Shown: positions 10,101-22,139, counted from the first letter of the stretch. The stretch: DNA of 64,000 bases from Mayamaea pseudoterrestris (GCA_027923505.1 BROI01000007.1:310001-374000), one strand, 5' to 3'. Notes: generated by a model from the letters alone, not told the origin. Numbers and translations are program-made.

Positions 10101-13045
10101 TACAAGAGGGTACGCTTGGTTGGTGTCTCAGGAATTGATAATGTATTTGGTGACAACTTGTCACCAGTCTCAGCCCGCAGATGCTGTGACATTCAAACCC
10201 CCCTACAGCAGGCCCTGTGGGTGCCCAAATTACACTAGAATGGTGCCTACATCATTATTCAGGCTGCGCTAGAAGATGGTATGCCTGGCTGGTGTCTCAG
10301 GGGTTGGAAATGTATTTGGTGACAACTTGTCACCAGTCTCAGCCCGCAGATGCCATGACATTCTAACCCCCCTACAGCAAGCCCTGTAGGTGCCCAAATT
10401 ACACCAGAATAATGCCAACATCATTATTCAGGCTGCGCTACAAGATGGTAGGCTTTGCTGGTGTCTCAGGGGCTGACAATGTATTTGGTGACAACTTGTC
10501 ACCAGTCTCAGCCTGTAGATGCTGTGACATTGAAACGCCCCTACAACAGGCCCTGTAGGTGCTCAAGTTACACCAGAATGGTGACAACGTCATTATTCCA
10601 GCTGCGCTACAAGATGGTAGGCTTGGTTGGTGTCTCAGGGGTTGGCAATGTATTTGGTGACAACTTGTCACCAGTCTCAGCCTGTAGATGCCGTGCCATT
10701 GAAACGCCCCTAGAACAGGCCCTGTAGGTGCTCAATTTACACCAGAATGGTGACAACGTCATTATTCTGGCTGCGCTACAAGATGGTAGGCTTGGTTGGT
10801 GTCTCAGGGGTTGGCAATGTATTTGGTGACAACTTGTCACCAGTCTCAGTCGCAGATGCCGTGACATTCAAATGCCCCTACAGCAAGCCCTGTGGGTGCC
10901 CAAATTACACCAGAATGGTGCCTACATCAATATTCAGGCTGCGCTACAAGATGGTATGCCTGGCTGGTGTCTCAGGGGTTGGAAATGTATTTGGTGACAA
11001 CTTGTCACCAGTCTCAGCACGCAGATGCCGTGGCATTCTAACCCACCTACAAAAGCCCTGTAGGTGCCCAAAATACACCAGAATAATGCCAACATCATTA
11101 TTCAGGCTGCGCTACATGATGGTATGCCTGGCTGGTGTCTCAGGGGTTGGCAATGTATTTGGTGACAACTTGTCACCAGTCTCAGCCCGCAGATGCCGTG
11201 ACATTGAAACCCCCCTACAACAGGCCCTGTAGGTGCTCAAGTTACACCAGAATGGTGCCAACATCATTATTCAGGCCACGCTACAAGATGGTAGGCTTGG
11301 TTGGTGTCTCAGGGGTTGGCAATGTATTTGGTGACAACTTGTCACCAGTCTCAGCCTGCAGATGTCATGACATTCAAACGCCTCTACAGCAAGCCCTGTA
11401 GGTGCCCAAAATACACCAGAAGGGTGCCAACATCATTATTCAGGCCACGCTACAAGATGGTACACTTGGTTGGTGTCTCAGGGATTGACAATGTATTTGG
11501 TGACAACTTGTCACCAGTCTCAGCCCGCAGATGGAGTGACCTTCAAACCCCCCTACAGCAGGCCCTGTAGGTGCCCATATTAAACCAGAATGGTGTCAAC
11601 ATCATTATTCAGGCTGCGCTACAAGATGGTAGGCTTTGCTGGTGTCTCAGGGGTTGGCAATGTATTTGGTGACAACTTGTCACCAGTCTCAGCCCGCAGA
11701 TGTCATGACATTCAAACGCCCCTACAGCAAGCCCTGTAGGTGCCCAAAATACACCAGAATGGTGCCAGCTTCATTATTTAGGCTGCGCTACAAGATGGTA
11801 GGCTTGGCTGGTGTCTCGGGGGATGACAATGTATTTGGTGACAACTTGTCATCAGTTTCAGCCCGCAGATGTCGTGACATTCAAACGCCCCTACAGCAAG
11901 CCCTGTAGGTGCCCAAAATACACCAGAATGGTGCCAACATCATTATTCCGGCTGCGCTAGAAGATGGTAGGCTTGGCTGGTGTCTCAGGGGATGACAATG
12001 TATTTGGTGACAATTTGTCACCAGTCTCGGCCCACAGATGTTGTGACATTCAAACGCCCCTTCAGCAAGCCCTGTAGGTGCCCAAATTACACCAGAATGG
12101 TACCAACATCATTGTTTAGGCTGCGCTACAAGATGGTATGCCTGGCTGGTGTCTCAGGGGTTGGAAATGTATTTGGTGACAACTTGTCACCAGTCTCAGC
12201 CCGCAGATGTTGTGACATTCAAACGCCCCTACAGCAAGCCCTGTAGGTGCCCCAAATACACCAGAAGGGTGCCAACATCATTATTCAGGCCACGCTACAA
12301 GATGGTATGCTTGGTTGGTGTCTCAGGGATTGACAATGTATTTGGTGACAACTTGTCACCAGTCTCAGCCCGCAGATGCCATGACATTCAAACGCCCCTA
12401 CAGCAGGCCCTGTAGGTGCCCAAATTACACCAGAATGGTGCCAACATCATTATTCAGGCTGCGCTACAAGATGGTATGCCTGGCTGGTGTCTCAGGGGAT
12501 GGCAATGTATTTGGTGACAACTTGTCACCAGTCTCAGCCCGCAGATGTCGTGACATTCAAACGCCCCTACAGCAAGCCTTGTAGGTGCCCAAATTACACC
12601 AGAATGGTGCCAACATTATTATTCAGGCTGCGCTACAAGATGGTATGCCTGGCTGGTGTCTCAGGGGATGGCAATGTATTTGGTGACAACTTGTCACCAG
12701 TCTCAGCCCGCAGATGCCATGACATTCAAACGCCATTACAGCAGGCCCAGTAGGTGCCCAAAATACACCAGAATGGTGCCAATATCATTAATCAGGCTGC
12801 ACTACAAGATGGTATGCTTGGCTGGTGTCTCAGGGGATGGCAATGCATTTGGCGACAACTTGTCACCAGTCTCAGCCCGCAGATGCCGTGACATTCAAAC
12901 GCCCCTACAGCAAGCCCTGTAGGTGCCCAAAATACACCAGAATGGTGCCAACATCATTATTCAGGCTGCGCTACAAGATGGTAGGCTTGGCTGGTGTCTC
13001 AGGGGATGGCAATGTATTTGGTGACAACTTGTCACCAGTCTCAGC
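7128..13045 (+). repeat. Satellite family 2 (169-bp unit), subfamily A, about 35 copies
   Basis: tggtgacaacttgtcacca recurs every 169 bp (e.g. acttgtcacc at 7621 and 7790). Consensus includes aatgtatttggtgac and ccctgtaggtgcccaaa. Confidence 0.98.
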
Positions 13046-13448
13046 TGACAAGTCGCAGAGCGGCGAAGTCAAGAGCCCGAACCCTAATTAGCTTGTGTCG
13101 AGTCCGCAGCTGTCGTATGTGACATGTGAATGAAGAAAGTGCGCAACCGTCGTGTGGATGCGTTGTATGAATGGAACGACCAGTTACGACTGATGTAATG
13201 TGATTGAAAGAAACGGATTGATCGGATGATCTTCCGAGTGGTCGATGTAGCGATGTAGCGATAAGCTCACAATATAGAACTACTAGTTTGCGACGAGAGT
13301 GCAGTCGTATTCGTGTAGTGGCGAGCGCAAGACTATTCGACGAGCCATCTCCATCAAGAGCTGTACAGACCGTGGCCAAGGACCCTGTATCGGAGCTTTT
13401 TGGAGGTAAGACGTTGACTGCGAAATCGTCAACGGTGTTAGATTAACA
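13046..13448 (+). repeat. 5' LTR, copy 1
   Basis: Starts with TG directly after the satellite (tctcagc|tgacaag). Matches 15513-15915 and is homologous to ~21575-21917. The 3' end is uncertain: ...gtca at 13431 or ...ttaaca at 13448. Confidence 0.85.
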
Positions 13449-13537
13449 TTTCAGTGCTTTGAGAGCGAGAACGAGCGAGGGAGCTATCGTGACACATTCG
13501 TCTGCAGCGAGTCCGATTCCTCTGATCAACCTCCACC

Positions 13538-15512
13538 ATGACGACGATTGATGTAACGACCTACAAGCGTGCCGTCGGTAAAGTCTTCGATATTCCGTGG
13601 CTCGCAGCGTCCGCAGCTTGGGACCCAAACGACCCTACCGCAGTATGCTTCGAATCCGAGGAACTCACGACTGCGGAGGCGATGGCCGAGTTGTCGGAAC
13701 AAGACGTGACGAACATTAAGACCCAGTACCAGTGGTCGACGATACGAACAAGCCGATTGCGCAAGCTCATGAGTTGGATTCACGAGCAACGTCGGACGAC
13801 TGCGCAATGGCAAGACTTGGAGAAAGACCAGATTACGAGCCGAGACCTCCCAGTAGCACCGGGGTCACCGACCGCAGGCAACCGCAGTTTCGGAGACTTC
13901 AGCGTTATCGGAGGCAACGACACCACGACGAAGCGACACGACATCAAGCTGGATCTGAAGACCATGCTGGAGCTCAAGAACGATCGCAAGTTCTGCTCCT
14001 ACTGGCGGGCCTTCAAGAACCGCATGCGAAGCGAGCGACTTGGCTACTTTTGGGACGACGAGTTCAAGGCACCAGCTGCACTCGAGCCAGAATTCGCCGA
14101 GTATCAGTATCAGTGTTCGAAGCTTTTAGCGGCGCTCGAGTATACCTGCAAGACTCCGCAGAGCAAGCTCATTGTCCGCAAGCACATCGACAGCGCGAAT
14201 GCCTCAGCGTGCATTGCAGAGTTGGAGGCGACATTCCTCGATGGGATGGCGCGCAAGTTGGATCTACGTTCGGCCGAAGACGAATGGCGCAATTTCACCC
14301 TCGACGCGGGTTACGCCAAGTCTCTCGTCAATTGGCTCATCCAGTGGTCCAGCAAGGAAGAGAACTACAATGACTACGCCGAGGAAACCGAGCTACTTAC
14401 AGCAAGCACGAAGCGTCAGATTTTGGAACGCGCGGTTTTCCGCCATGCGGATATGGCAGCGGCGGTGAACATGGCGCTGATCGAAGAGTCCAAGACCGGC
14501 AACCCGATGGCGTACACCCAGTTTTGGAACCTCCTGAACGACGTCGCACGTCAATCTGACAATCGTCGTGGCATCAAGGAGACCGAGAAGCGTCAGGCGA
14601 ACCAATCTGAGCAGACCAAGAAAGAGAAGGAGAAGACGAAGAAGGCAAGTGCGAACAATTCCCAGTCTACGCCAAGTAGCAGCAACAATCAGCAGTCCAA
14701 TCAGGGGGGCGGTGGTCGCGGCGACTTGAGCACGGGACGAGGCGGCGGCGGCGGCCGCGGTCGGGGAGATACTCGTTCGTATGTTCGCAGCTATGCCGAC
14801 ACGAAGACGATCGAAATTCCCAGCGACGTGAATGCGACGATTCCACCAAACACGTGGCGACTCCTTACCCGCGATCAGCAACATGAAGTGTTTGAACGCC
14901 GTGGTACGAGTCGAGCGGCCAGTGCTGCAGGTGGTTCGGCATCAGCAACACAGGCAGGCACCACGCAGACGACGAGTACAACACGCAACGCTAACGTCGC
15001 AGCCACTTCATCAGCGGCAACGACGGCGAGTGCGGCGACCGAACGTGTGAACAACACTAGCCGTGGCTCAGCGATGCGAAGTTTCTTAGGTCCAGACCAG
15101 CCCACGACTACGACTCGGGGAGCGAATATCGCTCAGAGTCGCAAGTACAAAGTCGCGAGCATTGACTTGGATAAGCATTCAGCATCGACTGTCGATCGCG
15201 GCGCGAGTGGCGGAGTATGGGGAGCGGACGGCCGCATCCTTACCGAGGACAAGTTCCACAAGATTGAAGTCACTGGAGTCGGTGGTCTCAAACTTCCGGA
15301 CCTGTCTACCGTCACAGCAGTCGCCAAGCTTAAGAGCACCAAGGGTTGGGTCGTCGGCGAGTTCCATAATTACGCATATTCTGGAACCGGCAAGACGATT
15401 CATTCGAGTATGCAGATGGAAGCCTTCGGACTTCATGTCAACGACAAGCATTACAACTTTGGTGGCAAGTTACGAATCGAAACGCCAGATGGATACAAGT
15501 TTATGCTCGGGA
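13538..15512 (+). CDS. Gag-protease of copy 1, cut off by the second LTR
   Basis: Translation is identical to 16005 onward up to ...YKFMLG, then reads into LTR sequence (stop at 15589). Confidence 0.85.
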
Positions 15513-15915
15513 TGACAAGTCGCAGAGCGGCGAAGTCAAGAGCCCGAACCCTAATTAGCTTGTGTCGAGTCCGCAGCTGTCGTATGTGACATGTGAATGA
15601 AGAAAGTGCGCAACCGTCGTGTGGATGCGTTGTATGAATGGAACGACCAGTTACGACTGATGTAATGTGATTGAAAGAAACGGATTGATCGGATGATCTT
15701 CCGAGTGGTCGATGTAGCGATGTAGCGATAAGCTCACAATATAGAACTACTAGTTTGCGACGAGAGTGCAGTCGTATTCGTGTAGTGGCGAGCGCAAGAC
15801 TATTCGACGAGCCATCTCCATCAAGAGCTGTACAGACCGTGGCCAAGGACCCTGTATCGGAGCTTTTTGGAGGTAAGACGTTGACTGCGAAATCGTCAAC
15901 GGTGTTAGATTAACA
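15513..15915 (+). repeat. 5' LTR, copy 2
   Basis: Copy of 13046-13448 at offset 2467, no difference seen. Confidence 0.88.
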
Positions 15916-16004
15916 TTTCAGTGCTTTGAGAGCGAGAACGAGCGAGGGAGCTATCGTGACACATTCGTCTGCAGCGAGTCCGATTCCTCTGATCAACCTC
16001 CACC

Positions 16005-18692
16005 ATGACGACGATTGATGTAACGACCTACAAGCGTGCCGTCGGTAAAGTCTTCGATATTCCGTGGCTCGCAGCGTCCGCAGCTTGGGACCCAAACGAC
16101 CCTACCGCAGTATGCTTCGAATCCGAGGAACTCACGACTGCGGAGGCGATGGCCGAGTTGTCGGAACAAGACGTGACGAACATTAAGACCCAGTACCAGT
16201 GGTCGACGATACGAACAAGCCGATTGCGCAAGCTCATGAGTTGGATTCACGAGCAACGTCGGACGACTGCGCAATGGCAAGACTTGGAGAAAGACCAGAT
16301 TACGAGCCGAGACCTCCCAGTAGCACCGGGGTCACCGACCGCAGGCAACCGCAGTTTCGGAGACTTCAGCGTTATCGGAGGCAACGACACCACGACGAAG
16401 CGACACGACATCAAGCTGGATCTGAAGACCATGCTGGAGCTCAAGAACGATCGCAAGTTCTGCTCCTACTGGCGGGCCTTCAAGAACCGCATGCGAAGCG
16501 AGCGACTTGGCTACTTTTGGGACGACGAGTTCAAGGCACCAGCTGCACTCGAGCCAGAATTCGCCGAGTATCAGTATCAGTGTTCGAAGCTTTTAGCGGC
16601 GCTCGAGTATACCTGCAAGACTCCGCAGAGCAAGCTCATTGTCCGCAAGCACATCGACAGCGCGAATGCCTCAGCGTGCATTGCAGAGTTGGAGGCGACA
16701 TTCCTCGATGGGATGGCGCGCAAGTTGGATCTACGTTCGGCCGAAGACGAATGGCGCAATTTCACCCTCGACGCGGGTTACGCCAAGTCTCTCGTCAATT
16801 GGCTCATCCAGTGGTCCAGCAAGGAAGAGAACTACAATGACTACGCCGAGGAAACCGAGCTACTTACAGCAAGCACGAAGCGTCAGATTTTGGAACGCGC
16901 GGTTTTCCGCCATGCGGATATGGCAGCGGCGGTGAACATGGCGCTGATCGAAGAGTCCAAGACCGGCAACCCGATGGCGTACACCCAGTTTTGGAACCTC
17001 CTGAACGACGTCGCACGTCAATCTGACAATCGTCGTGGCATCAAGGAGACCGAGAAGCGTCAGGCGAACCAATCTGAGCAGACCAAGAAAGAGAAGGAGA
17101 AGACGAAGAAGGCAAGTGCGAACAATTCCCAGTCTACGCCAAGTAGCAGCAACAATCAGCAGTCCAATCAGGGGGGCGGTGGTCGCGGCGACTTGAGCAC
17201 GGGACGAGGCGGCGGCGGCGGCCGCGGTCGGGGAGATACTCGTTCGTATGTTCGCAGCTATGCCGACACGAAGACGATCGAAATTCCCAGCGACGTGAAT
17301 GCGACGATTCCACCAAACACGTGGCGACTCCTTACCCGCGATCAGCAACATGAAGTGTTTGAACGCCGTGGTACGAGTCGAGCGGCCAGTGCTGCAGGTG
17401 GTTCGGCATCAGCAACACAGGCAGGCACCACGCAGACGACGAGTACAACACGCAACGCTAACGTCGCAGCCACTTCATCAGCGGCAACGACGGCGAGTGC
17501 GGCGACCGAACGTGTGAACAACACTAGCCGTGGCTCAGCGATGCGAAGTTTCTTAGGTCCAGACCAGCCCACGACTACGACTCGGGGAGCGAATATCGCT
17601 CAGAGTCGCAAGTACAAAGTCGCGAGCATTGACTTGGATAAGCATTCAGCATCGACTGTCGATCGCGGCGCGAGTGGCGGAGTATGGGGAGCGGACGGCC
17701 GCATCCTTACCGAGGACAAGTTCCACAAGATTGAAGTCACTGGAGTCGGTGGTCTCAAACTTCCGGACCTGTCTACCGTCACAGCAGTCGCCAAGCTTAA
17801 GAGCACCAAGGGTTGGGTCGTCGGCGAGTTCCATAATTACGCATATTCTGGAACCGGCAAGACGATTCATTCGAGTATGCAGATGGAAGCCTTCGGACTT
17901 CATGTCAACGACAAGCATTACAACTTTGGTGGCAAGTTACGAATCGAAACGCCAGATGGATACAAGTTTATGCTCGGGATGGAAAGTGGCATGGCGACCT
18001 TGCCAATGTTTCCAGTGTCGGCGCATGAGCTTCACACCTTACCTCGGGTCATGATGACCTTCGATGGACCTTGGGATCCGAATGAGTTTGACGTCGAGCC
18101 GACCGAGGACGACGACTATGACTCTTCGGATGACGATGACGACGAGGACGACGTACCGGACTTGTTGTCGCGCGACGAAGACGACGAAGACAGTGACGAC
18201 GAAGAGGGCTTCACGCGCGTGACACGTTCGCGTACGCGGAATCGCACCCATCGTCAGAGCAACGTGACGTATACGAATCTCGGACACGACAATCAACCTG
18301 TTTACACCGAGAAGGAGCTGAATGTTTGTGCCGTCGTACAGAAGTACAATGCGGATCTCGTCTATCAGCCCTACAAGTCTATCCTGCCAAAGAAACCTGA
18401 TATCGACGCATTGCTGCCAAACTTTGCATGGTACCCGGCGCAGACGATCAAGGATACTTTGCGCCACAGCACGCAGTTCAACATGCACGAGCGCCGATAC
18501 CCCCCACGAATGCATCGAAAGAGCCGATTCCTGAACGTCTACCGTCTAGATGATCGAGTGGCCCATGACACCATGTTCTTCGACGAACCAGCCATGGATG
18601 ATCACATCGACGAATGCAGGGTAGCGCGTGCAGCTATTCTATGGTTGTCGCAGTCAGATCATTGCCGTGTATCCCATGCGGACGAAAGGTGA
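16005..18692 (+). CDS. Copia Gag-PR and start of integrase (open part of the polyprotein)
   Basis: 895-aa ORF with Gag carrying an RGG tract, aspartic protease STVDRGASGG, GKTIHSSMQMEAFG, an acidic linker and integrase DRVAHDTMF. It shifts frame near 18620. Confidence 0.9.
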   Translation: MTTIDVTTYKRAVGKVFDIPWLAASAAWDPNDPTAVCFESEELTTAEAMAELSEQDVTNIKTQYQWSTIRTSRLRKLMSWIHEQRRTTAQWQDLEKDQITSRDLPVAPGSPTAGNRSFGDFSVIGGNDTTTKRHDIKLDLKTMLELKNDRKFCSYWRAFKNRMRSERLGYFWDDEFKAPAALEPEFAEYQYQCSKLLAALEYTCKTPQSKLIVRKHIDSANASACIAELEATFLDGMARKLDLRSAEDEWRNFTLDAGYAKSLVNWLIQWSSKEENYNDYAEETELLTASTKRQILERAVFRHADMAAAVNMALIEESKTGNPMAYTQFWNLLNDVARQSDNRRGIKETEKRQANQSEQTKKEKEKTKKASANNSQSTPSSSNNQQSNQGGGGRGDLSTGRGGGGGRGRGDTRSYVRSYADTKTIEIPSDVNATIPPNTWRLLTRDQQHEVFERRGTSRAASAAGGSASATQAGTTQTTSTTRNANVAATSSAATTASAATERVNNTSRGSAMRSFLGPDQPTTTTRGANIAQSRKYKVASIDLDKHSASTVDRGASGGVWGADGRILTEDKFHKIEVTGVGGLKLPDLSTVTAVAKLKSTKGWVVGEFHNYAYSGTGKTIHSSMQMEAFGLHVNDKHYNFGGKLRIETPDGYKFMLGMESGMATLPMFPVSAHELHTLPRVMMTFDGPWDPNEFDVEPTEDDDYDSSDDDDDEDDVPDLLSRDEDDEDSDDEEGFTRVTRSRTRNRTHRQSNVTYTNLGHDNQPVYTEKELNVCAVVQKYNADLVYQPYKSILPKKPDIDALLPNFAWYPAQTIKDTLRHSTQFNMHERRYPPRMHRKSRFLNVYRLDDRVAHDTMFFDEPAMDDHIDECRVARAAILWLSQSDHCRVSHADER

Positions 18693-21520
18693 CGTCACGA
18701 AACGATTCCGTGATTTCATCCGCGAAGTTTGGAGTCCGTTGGAAGTCTTCTCGGATAATGCGAAAGAAGCGATGAGTGCCGAGTTTGACGAAGTTATGCG
18801 CGAGTTCATGATTGCCGTTCACCACATCGGAGCCGTACTATCAGAATCAAAACCCAGCCGAGCGCACCATCGGGCACGTAAAGGAAAGTCATGAACGACT
18901 TATGGACCGAACGGGCACTCCGGCATGCTTCTGGCTACTGGCGCTTTACTCTTTCAGACCGAGATGTACCGTCATTTGTCGCATCCTGCCTTGGACGGCA
19001 AGTCTCCCATCGAGTTTATCACTGGGCAAGTCCCCGACGTGTCGAAGGTATTTGCATTTTCGTTGGTTTGAAATTGTCAACTACTTTTGCCGGATGTCGG
19101 AGGCTTCCGAAACGCCGCGAGCGCCCTGTTGGTCCCAACACCGAGAACGGTGCGACGTTCATCTGCGTTGCGAGACACTGGTTGGCTTCGGGCGCCCAAA
19201 GACAAAATTTTGGACCCGGCGACCGGCCCCCAGTCATGACAGAAGGGACGGCGCTCTCTCTATACCACCTGGTAGGTGGCCAAGATCTTGCGCCGTGAAA
19301 TGATCAAGAAGATTACCGACGCCGACAGCAGAGATGATGATTCTTTCATTCCTGACGAAGACGATACCCCTTTGGTCGAGACGGTGGAATACCAGCGCGG
19401 GAGAAGATTGACTCGCGAGCAAGATCCGGGCACCACGAGAAGAACCAACTCGTGCAGGCTGCACTATCGAGTTCGGCAAAAACGGACGACGGGCAAGAAG
19501 TTCGAACGACCGTCATGAGCAAGCTGAACAACCGCGACGCCCAGAACCATCAGAACATTAAAATGATGCTGAAGCTTGGTAACGGCGAAGCGGACGAAGT
19601 CATGTCGTATGTCGAGGTTTCCGATCTCTACGAGGCGAAGTGAACCAAGACATGGCGAATCCTGACGGTAAATGGTTCTTCAAGGAGATTCTAGACCATC
19701 AGGGGTCCGCTGACGAGCAAGTCGAAGAACTGGAAGCATTCCAAGTGGAACGTCCTTGTACAATGGGACGATGGATCCAAGACTTGGGAGCCTTCAACGC
19801 GATGATCGAAAGCGACAAAGTATCAGTGGCAGCCTACGCTGCAAAAAGCATAATCTTCTGACAAGGACGGATGGACATCGTTGAATCGATGGGCCCGGAA
19901 TGCCAAGAAGGTTGCGCGCAAGGTGGCGACGCCGAATGGAGCAGCAGAAGAACGGACCGCGCACAAGTTTGGAGTCCAAGTACCCTTGAGATTGGAAGGA
20001 AGCGCGGCGTTTGCAGGAAGCTGCAGGCACACGAAGTGGACGGAGCGAAGGTGTGGAGCTTGGGCGAACCTGGACGAGTACGAGACGTTTCACGATCTCG
20101 GTCCGAGTTCCACCACAACACCACCAACTGGTTACCAAAAGATCCGAGTCCATTTTGTGTATGATGTCAAGCACGATTTCGAGACAGGCACGTCTCGCTG
20201 CAGGGCCACATGACGAAAGACAATCGACGATGCCTACCCAGTGTTATCTCATTGAAGGCAATGGTCTAGTTTCTCGTCATTGGAGAAGCGAACGGCAAGG
20301 AAGTGCATGGTCGGTGACATTGGGAATGCTTATCTCCAAGCCGTTCACCAAGGAGAAGGTATCGCCGTTGGAGGCCCCGAGTTCGGGGAGCGCGAAGGAC
20401 ACATACTGGCCGTCAAGGCTTTGCACGGATTGCGAACGAACGGAGCACGATTCCACGAACGCAGCCGACGCCCTTCTGCGGAAGGGTGGAAGCCTGCCCC
20501 ATTGCGATTCCGATCTGTGGATCAAGCGACCGGCGACAGCACTGGAACTGTTATATTTAGACGATCCAGCAGCGCGTTCTCTTCTTCAAGATGCTAGAGG
20601 AGAAGTACAAGTTTAAGCTCAAAGGTATGATCCCGATATCATTCGGCGGTGACTTTGGACGACGACGGACCTCTTTACTGGTCGGCCAAGACCTACGCGA
20701 AACCTTGGCGCAGTACGAACGCTTGTTTGAGGTCCCCGAAGAAGTACTCATCACCAATCGACAAAGACGATCATCCAGAACTTGACCAAAGAGCTACCGG
20801 AACGACAAAGAAGATTTACCAGTTCGGAGCACTTCAGTGGGCAAATTACTTGGGTCGATTTGACATTGCCGAGCAGTTGTGAGTCTGTCGCGACCGTGTG
20901 GAGCCGCGGGAACGTGAAGCGCAGTCTGTGGATATTTAGAGAGGACGAGCATCCGCTTCCGCACGGCGGGTTAGCCAACGAGGAGCGGCACCATGGAGGA
21001 ACAAGATTGAGCGCAGCAGCGTTACGGGAAGGACGAGTTGATGAGATGTTGACGCCTACCCACCGCCAAAGGGTGTGACTGTACTAACATCAACTCGAGG
21101 ATGCTTTCATGCACACTGTGACAGGTGCAAGTCATTGGCTAGTTTTGTATTTGTCAACCAGACGCCTGTCGACTGGCATTGCAACTCCAGGCTACAGTCG
21201 AGACAGGATCGGAATTCGGCGTGAGCAAAGAGTGGAACGGATATCAGCATTTCTCTAATGCAAGGCCGCTCATGGCTATGGGCTACTATTAGAAGTCTGC
21301 CTATGTACGGAGACAACTACAGTGATTACACAATCTACAACTCGAAGTTCGATTACTGTCCAAGCCATACAATGCGCTTCGGGCCTACCATGGCGGCAGT
21401 TGCTGCGGGAATTATCAAGTTTGTGAAGATTGACGAAAGCGAGAACATTGGCGACGCATTTCGCTTCGGGTACCTGCCAGACCAGATGCGAGCGGCGTAC
21501 CGCGCCTTGTTATGGCGGCG
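18628..21520 (+). pseudogene. Copia pol (IN core, chromodomain-like module, RT, RNase H) broken by many indels
   Basis: Fragments in alternating frames: FSDNAKE, TSEPYYQNQNPAERTIG, YLHFRWFE, WFFKEILDHQG, HKFGVQVP, GYQKIRVHFVYDVKHD, GDIGNAYLQA, KALHGLRTNGARFH, GALQW..LGRFDI, VNQTPVDW, MYGDN, ENIGD. The indels may be sequencing errors. Confidence 0.85.
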
Positions 21521-21574
21521 AACATCGGATGCAATTGGAAGGGCAAGAATGCGTACACAGCAGCGACCCAGGGA

Positions 21575-21920
21575 GACAGAGCGGCGGTCAAGAGCCAAAC
21601 CCCACATTAGCTTGGGTTTGAACCCAGCGTCGATGTGACATGTGAACGAAGAAAGTGCGCAACCGCCGGGGGCGGTGTATGAATGGAACGACATTGCAAC
21701 TGAGTAAGATGGAAAGAAACGGATTGATCGATGATCTTCCTGCGGGATGTAGCGACGAAGCGAAAGTGGCAATAAGAACACAAGTTTGCGACAAGGCAGC
21801 GAGAGGGCGAAGCAAGAAACTATTCGACGAGCCATTCCATCAAGAGCTGTACAGACCGCGGCCAAGGACCCTGCATCGGAGCTTTTGGAGGTAAGACGTG
21901 ACGCGAAACTGTCAACGAGC
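21575..21920 (+). repeat. 3' LTR (indel-rich copy)
   Basis: Matches the 5' LTR block by block (cagagcggcg, gtgacatgtgaa, gaagaaagtgcgcaaccg, tattcgacgagcca, caagagctgtacagaccg, ggaggtaagacg, gtcaacg). Preceded by a short purine run (cagggag). Confidence 0.85.
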
Positions 21921-21932
21921 TACTGTGAGACT

Positions 21933-22130
21933 GAATGTGCACGGCATTTGTGTTGAGACTGGTGACAAGTCGCCACCATTGCCACCCTGAGACACCAGCC
22001 AAGACCACCCAGCACTTGTAGCTCAGCCTAAATAATGATGTTGACCATTTGGTGTATTTTGGGCACCTACAGGGCTTGCTAGGGGCGTTGGAATGTCACG
22101 GATCTGCAGGCCGAAACAGACAAGATGTCA
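21933..22130 (-). repeat. About one monomer of the 169-bp satellite in inverted orientation
   Basis: tgagactggtgacaagt ... ctgagacaccagcc ... gggcacctacagggcttgct is the reverse complement of the family-2 unit. Confidence 0.9.
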
Positions 22131-22139
22131 TCGACCTAA

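Larger units (their letters stand above)
13046..21920 (+). mobile_element. Ty1/Copia LTR retrotransposon of diatom CoDi type, 5' 2467 bp tandemly duplicated
   Basis: LTR starts TGACAAGTCG at 13046 and 15513, with a degraded 3' LTR at ~21575-21920. Domain order is gag-PR-IN-RT-RH: PR VDRGASGG, IN VAHDTMF / SDNAKE / SEPYYQNQNPAER, RT GYQKIRVHFVYDVKHD / GDIGNAYLQA / GPEFG. Confidence 0.93.

Noticed and set aside
7128..13045. CRISPR-like array (palindromic repeat at regular spacing)
   Set aside because: The sequence between palindromes is itself repeated rather than unique, the period is 169 bp, no cas genes are present, and the context is eukaryotic.
13080..13088. Telomere-like AACCCTAA in the LTR
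   Set aside because: Single copy, compatible with chance.
13432..13470. Primer-binding site of the Copia element
   Set aside because: No canonical TGGTATCAGAGC-type match; I cannot assign a tRNA without a search.
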